From Octopus bimaculoides (taxonomy: Eukaryota), in the NCBI RefSeq assembly GCF_001194135.2, contig NC_069000.1:35580520-35631542 (forward strand): a DNA stretch of 51,023 nt. The letters are read 5' to 3'. Positions 10,297 through 22,612 of the stretch are shown here, in pieces; within the stretch, counting starts at the first letter, position 1, and each line of letters begins with the position of its first letter. The notes below the pieces were generated by a model. The model made no database searches. It worked only from the letters and a program-made list of their open reading frames with translations, and had not been told where the DNA came from. A program made the translations under genes and the position numbers.

Positions 10297-11327
10297 GTAT
10301 ACATTAATTTACAGTCCTCATCAGTATAATTAAAAGCATTGTTCCAGGAAGTTTGATTTACAGAAATAAATTTTTTCGTCGATTTATTCAGATAAAAATT
10401 ATCACAAAATTCAGTCACTTCAGACTCGACTTTTCTGAAGTGATTTACTTCATCGAAAAAATCCGGTGTTTGTTGTTTAATTTTTTCCAACAAAACTCGT
10501 TTAAAATAGTTGTATAAAATGTAATCTATCCGACTGTAAGACTTATATAGCTGTCGGTTTTGTTCTGTTTGTCTGTTGTTCGAAGCGTTGGTTTTACGGT
10601 AGCCACCTATATTGACTCTGCGAAAAATAATGTCTTTCATTTTCCAGCACATTAAACGTCGTAGCAAAATAAGAGACTCATCGAAATATTCGACGATCAT
10701 TACAAGGGAAAAGTCATTGTCAAGATCTTGCAAGTAACGCGTGATTTCTCCGGTTGAATAAGATGCAATCGATTTCCTGCCCGCGGGAAAGCCGAGAGGT
10801 ACACCCAAGCAGTGGGCCATAAGATTCTCTGTAAGCGAAAAATTTCGGGGAATGCAATAATGTTCAGAAAAAGTTTTACTTTTATAAATCGCTTCGTACT
10901 TGTGATAGTTGTTCAAATATTGAGAAACATAATCAGTCTCGTTTAAAACCACGTAATCTTTTATTTTAAAATAATGGAAGGTTGATAAGAAGCGGTCATA
11001 CGGTTCTCGGATAATGGAGATGTATACAGTGTCTTTGGGCATTAGAGATCGCATAATAGAACGGTTGTAAATTGCATGTTCCATCAGGATGTTGTAGGCA
11101 GTACTACAGTTCTTGCAGAAAGGTGGCCGATAGTCTATCTTTTCCATCAGGTATGGCCAACCAAGATAAATATGGGTGCCAATTGGAAGTACAAACGATA
11201 AATTTCTAGTGTAACCAAATCGTCGTATCACAGTAGCCATTGTTTCGGTCGCACATTTCATACATTTTATAAATACCAAATTTTGTTTTTCTTTACACGA
11301 AGTTGACAGCTTTAAAGTTATTTGCTT
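10297..11327 (-). CDS. GAL3ST: Galactose-3-O-sulfotransferase (GAL3ST / cerebroside sulfotransferase family), large catalytic exon; C-terminus lost in gap 9754-10296
   Basis: Open for at least 343 codons. 5'-PSB-like NLVFIKCMKCATETMATVIRRFG (cf. NIVFLKTHKTASST..RFG). 3'-PB-like ISIIREPYDRFLSTFHYF. Family motif FSLVMIVEYFDESLILLRRLMCW. Strong acceptor tctttcttcctattttag|AAG at 11328, phase 0. The paralogue cannot be assigned. Confidence 0.9.
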
Positions 11328-11570
11328 CTAAAATAGGAAGAAAGAAAATTGATTTATTATCATCACAGGTAGAAGGAAAATTGAGATTTATAAACGTATC
11401 AGTGACAGCATTGAGGAACATGTAAAATAAAACAAAACAAAAAGAGGCAGAAACATGCTTACAGAAAATGGAGGAAAATAATAATCACACCTAATGAGTT
11501 TAAGAGATTTTTATCCACAGCATAATAATACTAAAATAACAAACGCATACAAACTATAAAAAAAAAACAA

Positions 11571-11743
11571 TAGGTGCAGCTATGGTTGTGTGATTAACAA
11601 GCTTAACAAGTTCGTTTTGCAACCACATGGTTTCAGGTTCGGTCCCATTACGCAGCACCCTGGGCAAGTGTCTTCTACTACAGCCTCAGACCGACCAATG
11701 CCTTGTGAGTAAATTTGGCTGACGAAAACTGTGTAAAAGCCGC
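11571..11743 (+). mobile_element. Family-B tRNA-derived SINE, 5' half (CORE-like ccttgggcaagtgtcttctact domain)
   Basis: Aligns by eye with copies at 21558-21720 and, in reverse, 23460-23630. Confidence 0.75.
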
Positions 11744-11764
11744 ACCATAACTAGGACAATGACT

Positions 11765-11930
11765 AAACAGGCGAGCTGGCAGAATTGTTAAAGCATCGAA
11801 CAAAATGCTTCGTAACATTTCTTCAGGCTTTTCAAGAGTTCAAATTCCGCTGAGTTCGACATTGCTTTTCATCTTTTTGGAGTCGATAAAATAAGTATTA
11901 GTTGGGCAGTGGGGTCGATGTAATTGACAA
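11765..11930 (+). mobile_element. Family-A SINE, diverged copy (Nin/Inv-like gcctttcatcctttcggggtcgataaa..agtaccag core)
   Basis: ggcgagctggcagaat head, caaattccgc, and gtcgataaaataagta..ggggtcgatgtaat align with 40911-41104. Confidence 0.75.
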
Positions 11931-12750
11931 GCCTTTCTCTTATAATTTCAGGCCTCGTAACTATAATAGAAAAAATTAGCAGAATATTCTCATCTTTTCA
12001 TGATGGCATTTTTCTAAGATATACATATCAAAAGATATTTCAGACAAAATAGCAAATATAATTTTTAATATATATATAAACAAAATAATAACAAAATNNN
12101 NNNNNNNNNNNNNNNNNNNNNNNNNNNNNNNNNNNNNNNNNNNNNNNNNNNNNNNNNNNNNNNNNNNNNNNNNNNNNNNNNNNNNNNNNNNNNNNNNNNN
12201 NNNNNNNNNNNNNNNNNNNNNNNNNNNNNNNNNNNNNNNNNNNNNNNNNNNNNNNNNNNNNNNNNNNNNNNNNNNNNNNNNNNNNNNNNNNNNNNNNNNN
12301 NNNNNNNNNNNNNNNNNNNNNNNNNNNNNNNNNNNNNNNNNNNNNNNNNNNNNNNNNNNNNNNNNNNNNNNNNNNNNNNNNNNNNNNNNNNNNNNNNNNN
12401 NNNNNNNNNNNNNNNNNNNNNNNNNNNNNNNNNNNNNNNNNNNNNNNNNNNNNNNNNNNNNNNNNNNNNNNNNNNNNNNNNNNNNNNNNNNNNNNNNNNN
12501 NNNNNNNNNNNNNNNNNNNNNNNNNNNNNNNNNNNNNNNNNNNNNNNNNNNNNNNNNNNNNNNNNNNNNNNNNNNNNNNNNNNNNNNNNNNNNNNNNNNN
12601 NNNNNNNNNNNNNNNNNNNNNNNNNNNNNNNNNNNNNNNNNNNNNNNNNNNNNNNNNNNNNNNNNNNNNNNNNNNNNNNNNNNNNNNNNNNNNNNNNNNN
12701 NNNNNNNNNNNNNNNNNNNAAAGATAAAAGATAAATACCGTGAATTATAT

Positions 12751-12793
12751 ACTTTGCTGAGGAGGTCTAATATCACCGAAAAATGTACACAGT
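12751..12793 (+). ncRNA. Type I minimal hammerhead ribozyme motif, copy 1 of an exact duplicate
   Basis: acuuug CUGAGGA ggu cuaauauc acc GAAA aaug UA cacagu. Stem II is 3 bp, stem III is 1 bp with an AAUG loop (one change from palindromic CAUG), and stem I has 5 of 6 bp. Confidence 0.7.
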
Positions 12794-13065
12794 TGTCTAA
12801 CGTAATCACCGTAGTCATTGAGTTAGTGAAGTCTTTCCTACACCATTTAATTATTTATAATTAGACTTTTAATGTTCGTTACATTAAATATGTTAGAAGT
12901 AAATTAATTATTGTTACAAGTAGTAAGATTTTTTGCCGAACTTGACTTTTAACAAGTATCAAGTTTGCTTCATAAATGTCAAACGCGGTTTACTTTCCTA
13001 AAGTATTTCTTTAAAATCAAGATTTCTTTCTGCTTTTATTATTTTCAATGAAAACAAGGCAATTA

Positions 13066-13197
13066 GCAGGCAGAATCATTAGCACACCTAACAAAATGCT
13101 TAGAGGCTTTTCTTCCGGTTGCACGTAACTCGGCCTTTAATCATTTCGGAATCAATAAAATATGTAGCAGTCGAGCACTGGGATCGATGTAATCGAA
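13066..13197 (+). mobile_element. Family-A SINE, diverged and internally deleted
   Basis: cagaatcattagcac..aaaatgcttag..gcactgggatcgatgtaatcga. Confidence 0.65.
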
Positions 13198-13228
13198 TAT
13201 CACGCAACTCTCAAGCCTTGTTCAAATT

Positions 13229-13502
13229 TGTTGGCACTCCGTCGGTTACGACGACGAGGGTTCCAGTTGATCCGATCAACGGAACAGCCTGCTCGTAAAA
13301 TTAACGTGCAAGTGGATGAGCACTCCGCAGACACGTGTACCCTTAACGTAGTTCTCGGGGGAGATACAGCGTGACACAGAGTGTGACAAGGCTGGCCCCT
13401 TTTGAAATACAGGTACAACAGAAACAGGAAGATAGAGTGAGAGAAAGTTGTGGTGAAAGAGTACAGCAGGGATCGCCACCAGCCCCTGCCGGAGCCTCGT
13501 GG
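13229..13502 (-). mobile_element. Family-C SINE (octopus OR-type, tRNA-Arg-like), 3' body
   Basis: Reverse complement aligns with 32640-32910 (gaactacgttaagggtacacgtgtctg..gttccgttgatcggatcaactggaaccct..gacggagtgccaa). Confidence 0.85.
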
Positions 13503-14113
13503 NNNNNNNNNNNNNNNNNNNNNNNNNNNNNNNNNNNNNNNNNNNNNNNNNNNNNNNNNNNNNNNNNNNNNNNNNNNNNNNNNNNNNNNNNNNNNNNNNN
13601 NNNNNNNNNNNNNNNNNNNNNNNNNNNNNNNNNNNNNNNNNNNNNNNNNNNNNNNNNNNNNNNNNNNNNNNNNNNNNNNNNNNNNNNNNNNNNNNNNNNN
13701 NNNNNNNNNNNNNNNNNNNNNNNNNNNNNNNNNNNNNNNNNNNNNNNNNNNNNNNNNNNNNNNNNNNNNNNNNNNNNNNNNNNNNNNNNNNNNNNNNNNN
13801 NNNNNNNNNNNNNNNNNNNNNNNNNNNNNNNNNNNNNNNNNNNNNNNNNNNNNNNNNNNNNNNNNNNNNNNNNNNNNNNNNNNNNNNNNNNNNNNNNNNN
13901 NNNNNNNNNNNNNNNNNNNNNNNNNNNNNNNNNNNNNNNNNNNNNNNNNNNNNNNNNNNNNNNNNNNNNNNNNNNNNNNNNNNNNNNNNNNNNNNNNNNN
14001 NNNNNNNNNNNNNNNNNNNNNNNNNNNNNNNNNNNNNNNNNNNNNNNNNNNNNNNNNNNNNNNNNNNNNNNNNNNNNNNNNNNNNNNNNNNNNNNNNNNN
14101 NNNNNNNNNNNNN

Positions 14114-14183
<70 letters not shown>

Positions 14184-14608
14184 ATAGCTAATAGTGATAG
14201 AAGCAATCTTTGTAAAGAATAGTAAGTAGGACATCCAATCTAACTTGGTTGTATTGTTCAACGACTTAAACTGCATTAAAAGTCCCGTAAAATCATTTCG
14301 TCTAGATGAAAAATGCTTAAGAAACATAAATAATATCGGTTTACAATATTTCAGTTTGGTAGATTTTCGGTCTGGTATTCCGTGTATGGCTGACTGTTGC
14401 TGCCGATCCGCAATACGGTGAAATAACGTGATACAACACCACCATCTAACGGTGATGACGAAATATTGTCAACCAGTATTATATGTGATCTTTAGCATTT
14501 GTCGGAGATGATTTCTAGAGACGTTTACTACAGTCCTGGGTGCCATAAACAACACACCCAAGTTAGTTTAGATGTGTTAATTAATGTGTGTGTGTGTGTA
14601 TACACACT

Positions 14609-14645
<37 letters not shown>

Positions 14646-14755
14646 TTACTTGATCGATTTACTTGACTAAAACTCTACAAGGCTGTGCCCCAGCAAGGCC
14701 ACAATCAAATGACTGAAACAAGTAAAAGATAAAAGATAAATACCGTGAATTATAT

Positions 14756-14798
14756 ACTTTGCTGAGGAGGTCTAATATCACCGAAAAATGTACACAGT
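14756..14798 (+). ncRNA. Type I minimal hammerhead ribozyme motif, copy 2 (identical to 12751-12793)
   Basis: Same 43 nt, inside a 102-bp block (14725-14826) identical to 12720-12821. Confidence 0.7.
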
Positions 14799-15081
14799 TG
14801 TCTAACGTAATCACCGTAGTCATTGAAAATAAGTCTTTAACTGAATCCATAATGCATTCGTCCAAATCTTTCATGAAGATCTGTACAGAATGTCGGAAGA
14901 TTCTACTTACAACAGCATAGCAAATTAAATCATTTTACTTTTATATCACTGTATACAGTGTATAATTACGACACATTATCTTCTGACTTCAGTCCTTGTT
15001 GAGGTTGACTTTGCCTGTCTTTTTCTTCAGAGTATCAATAAAATATCTAAGTACCAGCTAAGAACTAAGGTCGATCTCGCT

Positions 15082-15430
15082 CAATTGTTCTCAACCGGAG
15101 TCCATATGGCCCCAGAGAATCCATACAAGATTTTGTGGGGGACCACGTAACAAAATAGTAAATTGGGGATCCACGATAATATTTTAAGAGCCCCTGAAAA
15201 AAATTTTGCTTTAGATGTATGCGTTGGTATGTATTGCAAGAAACAGCTAAGTTTCTTTCTCTTACATTTTGCAGAGTTCAACCAACACAAGTGAATGTGT
15301 GAAAAACAAAATAGGAATTTTGAAAGAAGTTTCTATAAAAAGTTTTTAAAAATTGAATGGCTATGGGGATTCACCAGAATAAAATAGTAATCAATGGGGT
15401 CCGTAAATAAAAAATAGTTGAGAACCCTTG
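15082..15430. mobile_element. Possible hAT-type MITE
   Basis: Imperfect TIRs caattgttctcaacc and agttgagaacccttg (cf. hAT CAGGGGTTCTCAAC ends), plus several ggggtcc/ggggatcc subterminal motifs. No TSD was identified. Confidence 0.5.
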
Positions 15431-15515
15431 ATCTAGCTAATTATCCCTATTCCTCATTAATTGAGGCATTTTTTTTTCTCCATGCAATAAATCGATATAA
15501 ACGATCATGTTTTAC

Positions 15516-15680
15516 CTGCAGTTCATCGCTTTGGCGAAAGTATCTGTCGTTGAAATAGTGTTGAAATATTGACAGGTTATTCGGTTGTTTCTGAATAATT
15601 TTGTTAATATAGAAGAGAGTGTAACTGTAGGAGCATAACATGACCATTAAGAAGATCTTAGTTGTTTTACGAAGAATCAT
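15516..15680 (-). CDS. GAL3ST: First coding exon of the GAL3ST gene (type II Golgi signal anchor plus stem, 55 aa)
   Basis: MILRKTTK-IFLMVMLCSYSYTLFYI-NKIIQ...SDELQ has a basic N-terminus followed by one hydrophobic helix. It ends at the donor CAG|GTAAAA (15515) in phase 0, matching the phase-0 acceptor at 11328. An upstream acceptor, tgcttcttttctatcttcacag| at 15739, implies a further non-coding 5' exon. Confidence 0.75.
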
Positions 15681-17349
15681 GTTGTTCCAAACGATTACTG
15701 TTCTATGGCAGATTGTCTTCTCAAATGCTTCCAATAAACTGTGAAGATAGAAAAGAAGCATTAAAACTGTCGTAACGATCTGTATGACATTTATTATGTA
15801 TATACAAACGTCGAACGGAGCTACTACTGTATCTATCTTCTTTTACCATGGGTGTTTGGTTAAAAACACAGTAATACAAGAATGAGTAATAAATGAATCG
15901 TCTCCATGCACTTTGTAAATGGAATGAATAGTAGATTCATTGACATCAAACTCGCAGCTCACAGCAGCAAAAGCTTCCACCGTTATGTATTTTCTTGATC
16001 ATCTCTGCCCTTTTCCTGTAGAGAATACACTTGTCTGCGTCGCTTGTTAGGATCAAGTGCCTTCGTATTTTCTCTGTTTACTGTTCCCATATTGATGGGT
16101 TCGTGTACGTATAAAACATACGCAGCATCGCAGTTTGGTCGTGGAAATACAAGCGATAGTCAATGCAATGTGGTTGGTCGTTGGGGCACGTTTTGTTGTA
16201 CAAGTAGAATCTTCGACTGGTCGCCGACCCGCGTTACCAGAGATCAATCGGTGATAAGTGTAACACGTTTCACAATTGAGCCTACAGCGTTATCCCGGAT
16301 CAGTGATAAATGAAACAGTGATAAACGAGGCTACATGTATTATATCTCAAAGGAACTTGTCTTGAGATATTCTGTGAACCAGGAACGCAGAATGACGTCA
16401 TGAGGAAATCGTTGTACACCGGTGTTTTGGTGGGAGGAAAAGAAATGCAGGGAGGTGTAAAATTTTTTATGGGTGATAGGGAAGGGTTATACTATGTTGT
16501 TTGTTGTTGTTGTTGTTGCTGCTGTTGTTATTGTTGCTGCTGTTGTTGTTGTTATTGTTGCTGTTGTTTAATTTCGGGTCTGCATAAAGCAAAATTAGTT
16601 TTATGTCTTGCTTTTAAGCTCTTATTTAACTCTAGTCCAGCTCTGACCAAAAAGCACTATAATCAGAGACGTCCCAGTCGTGACCATCAATTTATTCTCC
16701 GAAACTACATTATTCAATGGTGTCCTTTTGAATATGGTGCAGTATGATTAGAGAGAAATTCAGTTGTTATTTCCAGCAGTTCGTACAACCATACAGGGAA
16801 TCCCTTATTAAAAACACGTTTTCATTATNNNNNNNNNNNNNNNNNNNNNNNNNNNNNNNNNNNNNNNNNNNNNNNNNNNNNNNNNNNNNNNNNNNNNNNN
16901 NNNNNNNNNNNNNNNNNNNNNNNNNNNNNNNNNNNNNNNNNNNNNNNNNNNNNNNNNNNNNNNNNNNNNNNNNNNNNNNNNNNNNNNNNNNNNNNNNNNN
17001 NNNNNNNNNNNNNNNNNNNNNNNNNNNNNNNNNNNNNNNNNNNNNNNNNNNNNNNNNNNNNNNNNNNNNNNNNNNNNNNNNNNNNNNNNNNNNNNNNNNN
17101 NNNNNNNNNNNNNNNNNNNNNNNNNNNNNNNNNNNNNNNNNNNNNNNNNNNNNNNNNNNNNNNNNNNNNNNNNNNNNNNNNNNNNNNNNNNNNNNNNNNN
17201 NNNNNNNNNNNNNNNNNNNNNNNNNNNNNNNNNNNNNNNNNNNNNNNNNNNNNNNNNNNNNNNNNNNNNNNNNNNNNNNNNNNNNNNNNNNNNNNNNNNN
17301 NNNNNNNNNNNNNNNNNNNNNNNNNNNNNNNNNNNNNNNNNNNNNNNNN

Positions 17350-17395
<46 letters not shown>

Positions 17396-19012
17396 GGAGT
17401 AAGCACATAAAATGTGCTACAAGGTGGAAAAAAGAGTACTCAAATACCAGAGGTAGAGTAATATGCTTTATTTAAAGCAGCAGAAATATAACAAAAGACT
17501 GTTACTGTTTCAAGACATTCTCAACTCCAAAAACTACGTAACATTAAATTCCTTGAAAACGAAAACGACGTAAAATCGAAAAAGACGTAACGCGAAATGA
17601 CATAAGTTGAGGTTTGCCTATATATGTGTATGTATGCATGCATGCCTGTATGTATGTGTGTATTTATGTATTTTTGTATATGCGTATGTATGCATGTATA
17701 CATGTATGTCTGTATAAATCGGGTCACTACGCCTCCGACTCGATAATAGACCAACAATATATTTTATTCTCTCTCCAGTATTTTTACTAAATGTTTGTCA
17801 TATAACCAGCAGCTAAATGCGATTACAACTAACCTTAGCATGCAATAAAACCATATGTAACGAACAGAATAGCATTGTCTGCATCTCTTGTTTGTCATGT
17901 GATATATCGTCTGCTCATTCTACTTTGCCATGTGATATACAGGGATTTGATCTCTCAGTACAGTACATTTTTCTTTCTCCTTCTTTCTCTCTTTCTCAAT
18001 CAAACTCTCTCCTATTTCTCTTTGTCTCTCTTTATCTTTCTCTCTTCTCGTGCAAACTCTCTCCTTCTTTCCTTCTATTTCTCTTTCTCTCTTATCCTTT
18101 CCCTCTCTTTCTCTCGTTCTCATTTTATGTAACAATGTCCATCCTATTCATTACCTTCATCATATACTTCGCTGTCAGTCCCTCTTAATTTTTCTCGTTT
18201 CGTTAGCTATCTTTCTTACTCATTCCCATTACTCTTACCCATTCCCATCTCACACTCCTCTATCTTTCTTTCTAGCCTTTCTCCTCCCCACATTTCTAAA
18301 CCCACAAACACATACAGACATGTACACATACAGGCACATACCACATATACACATTTAATGGATTAGCTATCCACCATCTTAACCAATCAGGTTGCTTGTC
18401 TGCTGCACAAGCTAACGAGAGATCCTGAACTCAGTCGTTTGTTCCGTTTGAAAGAGCAACCCTATTTTCCTTACATCACTCCGTGTAGTGTTGAAAAGGC
18501 CATAGATACAGTTGTTAATGTAGTTCTAAATACATAGTGTCTGTAAACAAAAGACAGGATGTTTACAAGAACGTCTTCCATCTTTGATCATAGGCGTTCG
18601 ATCCTGGACTGACTCGGGTTTAAAATAAACAACAGCAACAGAACAACAGGAACAGCACAAACAGCAACACGCTTCGTATTTTGCATAGCATGAGATATGT
18701 GCATGCCATTTTGAAGTTGACTTAATATTTTGATTTTGTATTCGCAGAGAAATCGATTTTGTCTGTTTTGGGTTTGACATTTGAAACTCCGATATTCAAC
18801 AAAGAAAATATTTAATAAAATATTTAGAAAGAAAAAAAATGAAAGTAATTAGTTGCTAATATAGCGTAGAAGTAAAATTAAAGAAAGGAAACTGAAAAAC
18901 ATAAAAGGAAACGAAAACAATGGTGAATTGGTATTTCTAAACGATAGGCGAAAAGTAAAAGAAAAACCAAGGCTGTTCAAACCGAATGCCGTGTAAATCG
19001 AGGGACAACTAC

Positions 19013-19014
<2 letters not shown>

Positions 19015-19073
<59 letters not shown>

Positions 19074-19358
19074 TGTGTAATTATGTGTGTGAGAGAGATA
19101 GATAGTGAGAGTGAGTGTGTGTCAGTGTGTGTGTATGTGTGAGTGTGTCTGTATGTGTGCGTGTGAGTCTGTGTCTGTGTGTGTGTATGTCTGAGGGTGT
19201 GCGTGAGTGTGCGTGTGTATGTGTGTGTGTGTGTGTGCTAGTGTGTGCTAGTGTGTGCGCGCGCGTGTGTGTGCAAGCGTGTATGCGAGCGTGTGTTTGT
19301 GTGTGTGTGTGGGTGTGTCTGTGTATCAGTGCATGTGTGAAGAGAGAGAGAGAGAGAG
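19015..19358. repeat. Long degenerate (TG)n/(AG)n microsatellite tract
   Basis: Read directly from the sequence. Confidence 0.95.
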
Positions 19359-21557
19359 NNNNNNNNNNNNNNNNNNNNNNNNNNNNNNNNNNNNNNNNNN
19401 NNNNNNNNNNNNNNNNNNNNNNNNNNNNNNNNNNNNNNNNNNNNNNNNNNNNNNNNNNNNNNNNNNNNNNNNNNNNNNNNNNNNNNNNNNNNNNNNNNNN
19501 NNNNNNNNNNNNNNNNNNNNNNNNNNNNNNNNNNNNNNNNNNNNNNNNNNNNNNNNNNNNNNNNNNNNNNNNNNNNNNNNNNNNNNNNNNNNNNNNNNNN
19601 NNNNNNNNNNNNNNNNNNNNNNNNNNNNNNNNNNNNNNNNNNNNNNNNNNNNNNNNNNNNNNNNNNNNNNNNNNNNNNNNNNNNNNNNNNNNNNNNNNNN
19701 NNNNNNNNNNNNNNNNNNNNNNNNNNNNNNNNNNNNNNNNNNNNNNNNNNNNNNNNNNNNNNNNNNNNNNNNNNNNNNNNNNNNNNNNNNNNNNNNNNNN
19801 NNNNNNNNNNNNNNNNNNNNNNNNNNNNNNNNNNNNNNNNNNNNNNNNNNNNGTGTGCGATTGTTTGCGCCACCCCCACCTCTTGACATCTGGTGTTAGT
19901 TCATCTACGAGGGGCTGCTGAAAAGTTACTGACTTTGGATAAAAGAAAAAACAAGAGGATCAATAAATCATGATTTTATTAAACATATTGCCCTCTCAGA
20001 TTCACACACTTATTGCAGTGGTCCTTCAGTTTTTCTAAGCCCTGTAAAAGAATTCAGAAGTTTGGGCCTCCTCCAACCAAACCTTTCGCGATACCCTTAA
20101 AGCCAGGAATTTTTCAGCACTCCCTCATACGTCCCCTTGACATAGCGGTTCGGCAAGCACCAGATTTGAAAAGAAAAATAAGTACTGAAGTCAATTTATT
20201 CGACCAAAACCCTTCAAGTTGGTGCCCCAGCATGGTTGCAGTGCAATGACCAAAACAACTAACAGAAGATAAAAAACGATTTCAAATCATATTTAATGTT
20301 GCAGGGAAGAAAAACATTACATAATTTTGTCTTGCTGAAAAGTTGTTTACAACTAAGCTTTACTGACAATGTCTCAATAGGCCAGTTGTGTGACTCCAGT
20401 TGTGACGAGACTCCGAAGAAGAATGAAAAATTTCCAATCAGTTAGTTATCGATCACCTGACCTTTTATTGAGTTTGTCTGAAGGTGCGAAACAGACCATC
20501 GACTGATTTCAATGTCCTGTGTAAGGAATTTTTGGCATTTATGAGCTTCTAGACACGGTCATCTTTTTCTTCCCTCAAGTTACAGCAGGTTACTAAACAC
20601 TTAAGTAAAGTGTTGCTAAAAAACTACACATATTTACTTCCAATAAAATAGTATCTTCTTGTAGTGGCCCATCAATTGTGGCAATGTTTCAACGTCACGC
20701 CTCTTTCACTCGGATTCAGCGAACGATTCCTCACTCTCTTGCATCAAAAAGCACGCGCTTTACCTCTGACAACGCAACCTTTGTGATTTTTTTGTGTCTA
20801 GGAAATGAAGCACCATTATCGCCACAATAACGTCGGTCGCATTACATTTTCTAATTTCCTGATCTAATGACTAACTCTGCAGTCGGACCTGTCACTATAC
20901 TCAATGGTTTCTATTCTAAAATCTTCCTTCAGAGAGATCCTCACGCTATCTCATTGTGCTTTCTAGATCCTCTTCCAATTGTTCACTAACACTAACGAGC
21001 TGGACATTCCGAAGACGCCTAAAGATATATGGTCACACGGACCCATACACGAGTACTTATCTGAAGCCACCATCTTCGCTGCTGTTCATGGGATGATTTG
21101 TTAAGACTATAATGTTAGGACTAGAATTAGGGTTTAGATCTATCCTGAAGAAGCGTCATGTCATTTGTTGCTCCATGTGACCTCCATAGCCGTCATGTCT
21201 CCGTGGTAGTGGTGGTGTTGTTACTGGTAGTGTTGTTATAGCCGGTGACAATAGTGATGTCGGTGCCGCTAATGCTGTGGTTGGCAAGGAAGGGTTCTCT
21301 CCCCTGCAGTAGTATTCTTTTTTTCTAACCCCCTTCTACATCACCATTTTTTTTCTATCTCCTCTAACTCTGCTCTCTTTTTCGTTTGCCATCATATTGA
21401 AGGTGGTTTTTTTTTTTTTTAATTATTTAAAATTTTAAGTTCTCACAAAAAATTTTCGAAGAACTATCAACGTCTTCGAAATCTGAAAGAGGTGAGACCA
21501 AAGTAATTAAATGATCCCTTCGTTGTGCTCATGTGTCGCTTTTAAAACAAAATATAC

Positions 21558-22005
21558 AGGTGTTGCTGTGTGGTAAGAAGTTTTCTTCCTAGCCACATGG
21601 TTCCGGGTTCACTCTTACTGCGTGACAACTTGGGCAAGTGTATTCTACTATAGCCTCGAGTCGACCAAAGTATTCCGATTGGATTTGGTAGAAGAAAACT
21701 GAAAGAAGCCCGTCGTATATGTGTATATGAGAGTGTGAGCGTGTATGTGTGGGTGTGGATGTGTGTAGGAGGTGTCTGTGTGTGTGTGTACATGTATGTG
21801 CGTCTTTGTGTCTGTGTTTGTCTCCCGCCACCGCTTGACAAACGGTGTTGATGTGTTTACGTCTCCGTAACTTGACGGTTCGGCAAAAGAAAGCCGATAG
21901 AATAAGTTCCAGTCTTTAAAAAATAAGTACTGGAGTCGATTCATTCAACTAAAATCCTTCAAGGCAGTGCCCCAGCTTGACCACTGACTGAAACGAGAAA
22001 CAAAA
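21558..22005 (+). mobile_element. Family-B SINE, near full length, with an internal (TG)n microsatellite
   Basis: tRNA-like head gctgtgtggtaag..ggttccgggttca, CORE-like ttgggcaagtgt, gaagcccgtcgtatat, internal TG tract, and tail cgtaactt..ggttcggcaaaaga..gatagaataagt..gactgaaac. Confidence 0.85.
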
Positions 22006-22129
22006 AGAAAACTACAAAAATTTCCTCAACGGGAAAACAGCAACAATTATTCTCAAACTTACGAAGTGAATGAAGATGTATTGACAGAATCGATTAATAG
22101 AGTTCTCTCTATATATATCTCTCTCTCTC

Positions 22130-22160
<31 letters not shown>

Positions 22161-22571
22161 ATCTCTCTCTCTCTTTCTCTTTCTCTCTCTCTCTATATAT
22201 CTATCTATCTATCTATCTATCTCTATCCCTATCTCTCTATCTCTTTCACTCTCTCTTTACGTCTGTCTCTGTCTCTCTTTAGTCATCCTTTAAAGGGAGA
22301 TAACTCTCATCATGGTAGATTTATGTCCCTTGGTTACAAGATTCGTATTACACGTCATAGAGATGCAGGTATATCAAACATCATACAACATAAATTCTTG
22401 ATCTATTAGAATTGTTTACACCTCTAGAGCAGGTATCATATTCTCCCAAATGGCAATTAAGACCAGATTCCCTTAAAAAGGGGGTGATAATTACAATATT
22501 CGAGAATTCTCTAAAGTTGACATGCCATTCAAGGAAAGGAAACATTAGTTGCCCGAAGACAAATGGACAGT

Positions 22572-22612
22572 CGTAGATGTGTGTTTCAATGCGAATAACT
22601 GTCATCAGCACA
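22572..22612 (-). ncRNA. Decayed type I minimal hammerhead motif
   Basis: Minus strand reads ugug CUGAUGA c agu uauucgc auu GAAAC acac AUC uacg. The core is intact, stems I and II are rich in G.U wobbles, and the stem III loop is not palindromic. Confidence 0.5.

Noticed and set aside
10317-10323. CTGATGA (hammerhead core) on the minus strand
   Set aside because: It lies inside GAL3ST codons (YTDED), and no GAAA or stems are visible before the gap.
16022-16313. Acceptor-like ccttttcctgtag followed by an 89-97-codon Cys-containing ORF (+)
   Set aside because: No donor, no recognisable domain and no partner exon could be found, so it cannot be supported without transcript data.
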